The position numbers were made by a program, and so were the translations under genes. From contig CAWHOE010000045.1 in NCBI GenBank assembly GCA_963830915.1, positions 14,742-78,741 on the forward strand: 64,000 bases of DNA, given 5' to 3'. The stretch is from a candidate division FCPU426 bacterium. GTDB taxonomy: Bacteria; Oederibacteriota; Muellerivitia; Muellerivitales; Muellerivitaceae. The notes below the pieces were generated by a model that saw nothing but the letters and a program-made list of their open reading frames with translations, was not told the origin of the DNA and made no database searches. Shown here in pieces: positions 60,201 to 64,000 of the stretch. Numbering within the stretch: position 1 is the stretch's first letter; the number at the start of each line of letters is the position of its first letter.

Positions 60201-61259
60201 ATGGCACAGATAGTTAGATCCTTGCGGTGGAGTAAGGGAATCCTTTATCTCTTGGAACAGCGCGCCCTGCCTTTCAAGGAGATATGGGTGAAGTGCGATA
60301 CGGTGGAAAAAACCGCAAAGGGTATCGAGGACATGACCGTGCGCGGAGCCCCGGCTATCGGGGTCACGGCGGCTTACGGGGTGGCCGTAGGAGCCTTGAA
60401 GTGCAAAGCCCAGTCGCCTTCGAAATTCCAAAAGGATGTGCTGAAGGCGATCGGCCGTTTGAGGAAAACCCGCCCGACGGCGGTGAACCTTTTCTGGGCG
60501 CTGGACCGGATGGAAAGAAAATTGCGAGCGGTTGCCGGATTGAGCGTGAAGGAACAAAAAAAACAGCTGGAGCAAGAAGCGGTCGATATCCATCGGGAGG
60601 ACGAGGTCTTGTGCGCCAAGCTGGGCAAGAACGGTTCGACCCTGTTGGCCAAATGCCGCAACGTGCTGACCCATTGCAATACGGGGGCCTTGGCCGCGGG
60701 CGGGGAGGGAACGGCGCTGGCCGGGATCCTATGGGCCGCCAGGAAAAATAAAAAACTGCATGTCTGGGTGGATGAGACCCGGCCCTATTTGCAAGGCGCC
60801 AGGTTGACCGCCTACGAGGTGGCCAAAGCGGAGATACCTTTCCATCTGATCACGGATAATATGTCCGCCTTCCTGATGAAACAGGGCAAAGTGGACGCCA
60901 TCATCGTGGGAGCCGACCGGATCGTGGCCAATGGGGACACGGCGAACAAGATCGGTACTTACGCCCTGGCGGTCCTGGCCAAAGCCCACCATATACCCTT
61001 TTATATCGCCGCTCCCACCACCACACTGGACCTGACAAAAAAAACCGGGGCCGAGATCGTCATCGAACAAAGGAGTTCCCTGGAGGTGACCCATCCCCAA
61101 GGGATTCCCATTGCCAAAGCGGACTATCCTGTTTACAATCCCGCCTTCGATGTGACCCCTGGCGAGCTCATCAGCGCCATCGTGCTGGAGACGGGCATTT
61201 GCCGGGCACCCTATGGAAAATCCTTAAGGGCCGCTTTGAAAAAAGCCGCCAAGGGTTGA
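60201..61259 (+). CDS. mtnA: S-methyl-5-thioribose-1-phosphate isomerase
   Basis: VRGAPAIG, RPTAVNL, THCNTG.LA, DETRPYLQGARLT, GADRI, ANKIGT, NPAFDVTP; AAGGA RBS before ATG 60201. Confidence 0.96.
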   Translation: MAQIVRSLRWSKGILYLLEQRALPFKEIWVKCDTVEKTAKGIEDMTVRGAPAIGVTAAYGVAVGALKCKAQSPSKFQKDVLKAIGRLRKTRPTAVNLFWALDRMERKLRAVAGLSVKEQKKQLEQEAVDIHREDEVLCAKLGKNGSTLLAKCRNVLTHCNTGALAAGGEGTALAGILWAARKNKKLHVWVDETRPYLQGARLTAYEVAKAEIPFHLITDNMSAFLMKQGKVDAIIVGADRIVANGDTANKIGTYALAVLAKAHHIPFYIAAPTTTLDLTKKTGAEIVIEQRSSLEVTHPQGIPIAKADYPVYNPAFDVTPGELISAIVLETGICRAPYGKSLRAALKKAAKG

Positions 61260-61262
61260 ACC

Positions 61263-61691
61263 ATGGAAAATGAGAGCGGCGGGACCGGTTCTTTTGTCGA
61301 CGACCGTTATTGTCTTTGTTGCGGCGAGAAGAATCCCTGGGGTCTGAAGATGAAGTTCCGGTACGAGGGGGAAAAGCTTCTTTCTGAGGTGATCGTCCCC
61401 AAGGAACTTCAAGGTTTCGCCAATGTGGTGCATGGGGGCATCCTGGGAACCCTCATGGATGAGGTGATGGTGAATCTCTATTGGCTCAAGGGCGAAAAAG
61501 CAGTCACGGTGGAATACCAGGTGAGGCTAAAGGTGCCTTGTCCGGTGGGGGAGAAGGTCCTGCTTTCGGCCTGGAAACTGGGTTCAAAAAAGAGGATCCG
61601 CTTAACGGGGGCTGAGGCGAGGCTTGAAAATGGGGTAGTCGTCGCTGAAGCGACGGCTAAATGCATGACTCTCCCGGAGGCGACGCCGTAA
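61263..61691 (+). CDS. PaaI family hotdog-fold thioesterase
   Basis: C..CG..NP.GL, QG..NVVHGGI..TLMDE. Confidence 0.9.
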   Translation: MENESGGTGSFVDDRYCLCCGEKNPWGLKMKFRYEGEKLLSEVIVPKELQGFANVVHGGILGTLMDEVMVNLYWLKGEKAVTVEYQVRLKVPCPVGEKVLLSAWKLGSKKRIRLTGAEARLENGVVVAEATAKCMTLPEATP

Positions 61692-61697
61692 CATTTT

Positions 61698-61726
61698 TTA
61701 GCATCCCAGGCTTTTTCTGTTAAACT
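61698..61726 (+). promoter_or_regulatory. Extended -10 sigma70 promoter
   Basis: TTAGCA-17nt-TAAACT with TG at -15/-14. Confidence 0.5.
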
Positions 61727-61780
61727 GAAGCACGGTTGAGCAGGTCGGTTCAATTTTTAATAAATATGGAGGACGATCGA

Positions 61781-61885
61781 ATGCCTTGTGGTAAGAAGCG
61801 TCACCGCCAAAAGATAAAGACTCATAAACGTAAAAAGCACCGTCGTAAGATGCGTGCCTTGCTGCGCCGTCAAGGCCGGCTGTGA
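61781..61885 (+). CDS. 34-aa basic protein, bS22/mS38 (AURKAIP1/COX24)-like small ribosomal protein; not in ORF track
   Basis: GGAGGA RBS; MPCGKKRHRQKIKTHKRKKHRRKMRALLRRQGRL. Confidence 0.8.
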   Translation: MPCGKKRHRQKIKTHKRKKHRRKMRALLRRQGRL

Positions 61886-61900
61886 TCTGAAATCGAACGG

Positions 61901-64000
61901 GTGAGCGCACTTACCAGGTTGAAAAACCGGAACGTTTTTAAGTGGCTCACCCTTGTTTTGATCGCCGCGGCCCTTTTACTCTCGGGAAGCGGTATCTGTA
62001 TACGGCATCTTTCCGAAGTTCCTCCCCTTTGGTTGGTCCTGTCCTGGATCCTTGTTTTCCTTTGGTTATTCATCCTGGTTCGCCTGAAGTTATTTTCCTC
62101 CCCCTCAAGCATGACCATCCTGGTGGGCACCATCGTGGGATGGAGCCTTCTGGCCCAAAGCACCGGGGGCGACCAGTCTCCCCTGACCTATGGGATATTG
62201 CTCCTGATGGGAGTCTCGGCTTGGGAAGGTGAGGCCCGGTACGCGTTCGGCGTGGCCATTTTATACAGTGTTTTAGAAGCGGTTTCCCTAAGGCACGAGG
62301 ACCTTTCCCAAGGCCTTCCCCAATACCTGCGTTGGGGAACTTTCCTCATTTCGGCCATTTTCCTATCTCGGATTGTGAAAACCCGTGAGGAAAAAGAGCG
62401 GTTGAATCAGCGGTTAACGACCCTGCAAACCGAGGCTGAAAACCTGGCAAATTCGGAAGAAATGCCTTCTTTTAAGATCCCCAAGGATAAATTGTTGGTG
62501 GAAGAAAACCGGTTGAACGCCCGGGTCGGGACGGTGATCGAACTGGAGGAATCCCTTTCCCGACAGTTGCTACTCTTTCAGAAAACGATGGGGTTTTACA
62601 CGGCGGCCTGTTTTCTTTTGACCGACATCGAGGAAAAAACAGTACTGAGACTTCGGGGTCATTCCTCCCAGTCTGGTTCGATCGCCCCGGATGTGACCAT
62701 ACTGCCGGGGGAAACCCTTATCGGCTTATCCGCCAAGGAGGGAAGAAGGGTTTTATTGAGCCCTATCGCCCCTGAGAGCGCCAAGGCGCTGCCATATTAT
62801 TTAAAACCTCCGCCCATTACCTCGTTCTTGGCCCAACCGATATTCCTCAAAGAGGACCAGTCCTTGTCCAACGCTCCGGCGGAATCGGAAATGGTAGGGG
62901 TACTGGTATTGGACCATCAAGATCCGCGTTATTTCGATGAGACCCGTCTGGAGTTGGTGGATCAATTTTGCCGGTTGCTGGCCGAGACCGTTCAGGGGAC
63001 CAGGGTCATGCATTTTTCCAGGATGAAAACCCGCAACCTGCACGCTTTGTTCGAGGTCTCCAACTCTTTTACATCGCTCTCGGATATCAAAATGGTCCTG
63101 GAAACAGCTTTGAAGACTGCCGCGCAGATAACTCAGTGCGATTCCGCTTATATAGCGCTATTACAGGGCAAAGAAAATGTTTTCGATATCATCGCCTGGA
63201 GGGGTTTGGTTTATGCGACCGAAAAGCCCCATTTGGAAGAGGAATTGGCTACTTGGATATTGGAAAACAAAAAACCGATCCGTTATACCCGGGGCCAGAA
63301 AGAGAAAAAGATCATCGAGTTTTCCCGTAAAGAAGGAATGCTTGGCTCGACCCAGTCTTTCTTGATGGTCCCATTATTGGTGGGGGAGAACATCCTGGGT
63401 GTCATCCGGTTGAACAGCAAAAAAAGCGACGCCTACCAGGAATACGATCAGGATGTGATGACGACCCTGGCCAATCAAACGGCGATCACCCTGGAGAACG
63501 CCATGATGGTCCAACAGATGCAAGAGATGGCGGTCAGGGATGGATTGACAGGAGTTTTCAATCACCGGTATTTTCAACAAAAACTCTCGGAAGAACTCAC
63601 CAAAGCCGAAAGATATAATAAGGACCTGAGCTTGATCATGCTCGATGTGGATCATTTCAAGAAGTTCAACGATACCTACGGACACATGGAGGGCGATAAG
63701 GTCTTAAGGACGGTGGCGGAAGTTATCCAGGCGACGGTTCGCAACAAAGTGGATGTGGTCGCCCGATATGGAGGGGAGGAATTCGTGATCATCCTTCCGG
63801 AAGCCGATGGGAACGTGGGGAGGGAATTGGCGGAACGCGTTCGAAAAAATATCGAGGCTTATTTATTCGAGAATAGCAGTAAGGGGATCTACCGTGTCAC
63901 GGTCTCGTTGGGTGTCGCGTCATATCCTTTCGACGCGCGCGAACAAAGGACGTTAATTCAAAACGCGGATCTTGCTCTTTATCAAGCGAAAAACGGCGGA
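61901..64000 (+). CDS. Membrane-anchored sensor diguanylate cyclase (TMs + 2 GAF + GGDEF), 3' truncated; not in ORF track
   Basis: Frame from GTG 61901; DGLTGVFNHR, DVDHFKKFNDTYGH.EGD and ARYGGEEF (63761) in the same frame. Confidence 0.9.
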   Translation, partial: MSALTRLKNRNVFKWLTLVLIAAALLLSGSGICIRHLSEVPPLWLVLSWILVFLWLFILVRLKLFSSPSSMTILVGTIVGWSLLAQSTGGDQSPLTYGILLLMGVSAWEGEARYAFGVAILYSVLEAVSLRHEDLSQGLPQYLRWGTFLISAIFLSRIVKTREEKERLNQRLTTLQTEAENLANSEEMPSFKIPKDKLLVEENRLNARVGTVIELEESLSRQLLLFQKTMGFYTAACFLLTDIEEKTVLRLRGHSSQSGSIAPDVTILPGETLIGLSAKEGRRVLLSPIAPESAKALPYYLKPPPITSFLAQPIFLKEDQSLSNAPAESEMVGVLVLDHQDPRYFDETRLELVDQFCRLLAETVQGTRVMHFSRMKTRNLHALFEVSNSFTSLSDIKMVLETALKTAAQITQCDSAYIALLQGKENVFDIIAWRGLVYATEKPHLEEELATWILENKKPIRYTRGQKEKKIIEFSRKEGMLGSTQSFLMVPLLVGENILGVIRLNSKKSDAYQEYDQDVMTTLANQTAITLENAMMVQQMQEMAVRDGLTGVFNHRYFQQKLSEELTKAERYNKDLSLIMLDVDHFKKFNDTYGHMEGDKVLRTVAEVIQATVRNKVDVVARYGGEEFVIILPEADGNVGRELAERVRKNIEAYLFENSSKGIYRVTVSLGVASYPFDAREQRTLIQNADLALYQAKNGG

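Noticed and set aside
2499..60674. Long antisense ORFs over core genes (2499-3257, 5043-5813, 36459-37388, 43069-43878, 59365-60120, 59907-60674)
   Set aside because: Each overlaps a motif-supported gene; expected from GC3-rich codon usage

Overview
Bacterial chromosomal window; all confident genes except one are on the + strand, and I saw no tRNA, rRNA or CRISPR array. (1) 1-10 kb is housekeeping: cinA (5' truncated), thpR, an M24 peptidase, a SirB1-like protein, a TPR-fused penicillin-binding protein, rmuC and an MBL-fold/cNMP-binding protein. (2) 10.3-39.6 kb is a tandem array of eight very large secreted proteins with one design: signal peptide, carbohydrate-active or adhesin head, several-hundred-residue stalk of alternating Thr, and a conserved C-terminal T9SS-CTD/FlgD-like domain. 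The heads are 2x GH5, 2x expansin, GH9, GH116+2 malectin and 2x DUF11/lectin-like. Near-identical sigma54-type promoters and LacI-like and Rex-like boxes lie upstream. No cohesin, dockerin or SusC/D is visible, so this is a candidate non-cellulosome, non-PUL cellulolytic display system and the main finding. (3) 39.7-52.9 kb is an accessory region with two toxin-antitoxin pairs, a ParB-like protein fused to membrane helices and preceded by four co-varying palindromes, several orphan secreted proteins and a HEPN-motif protein. (4) 53-64 kb is housekeeping: two thioredoxins, secDF, a frameshifted yggS, proC-yggT-yggU, PNP-mtnA, a thioesterase, a 34-aa bS22/mS38-like protein and a 3' truncated GAF-GGDEF cyclase; the last two are absent from the ORF track. 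Intergenic DNA carries several REP-like inverted-repeat families, some nested. The stalk+CTD architecture reminds me of uncultured FCPU426/Goldbacteria-type lineages, but this is recall and unverified. All family calls come from motif recognition, not database searches.
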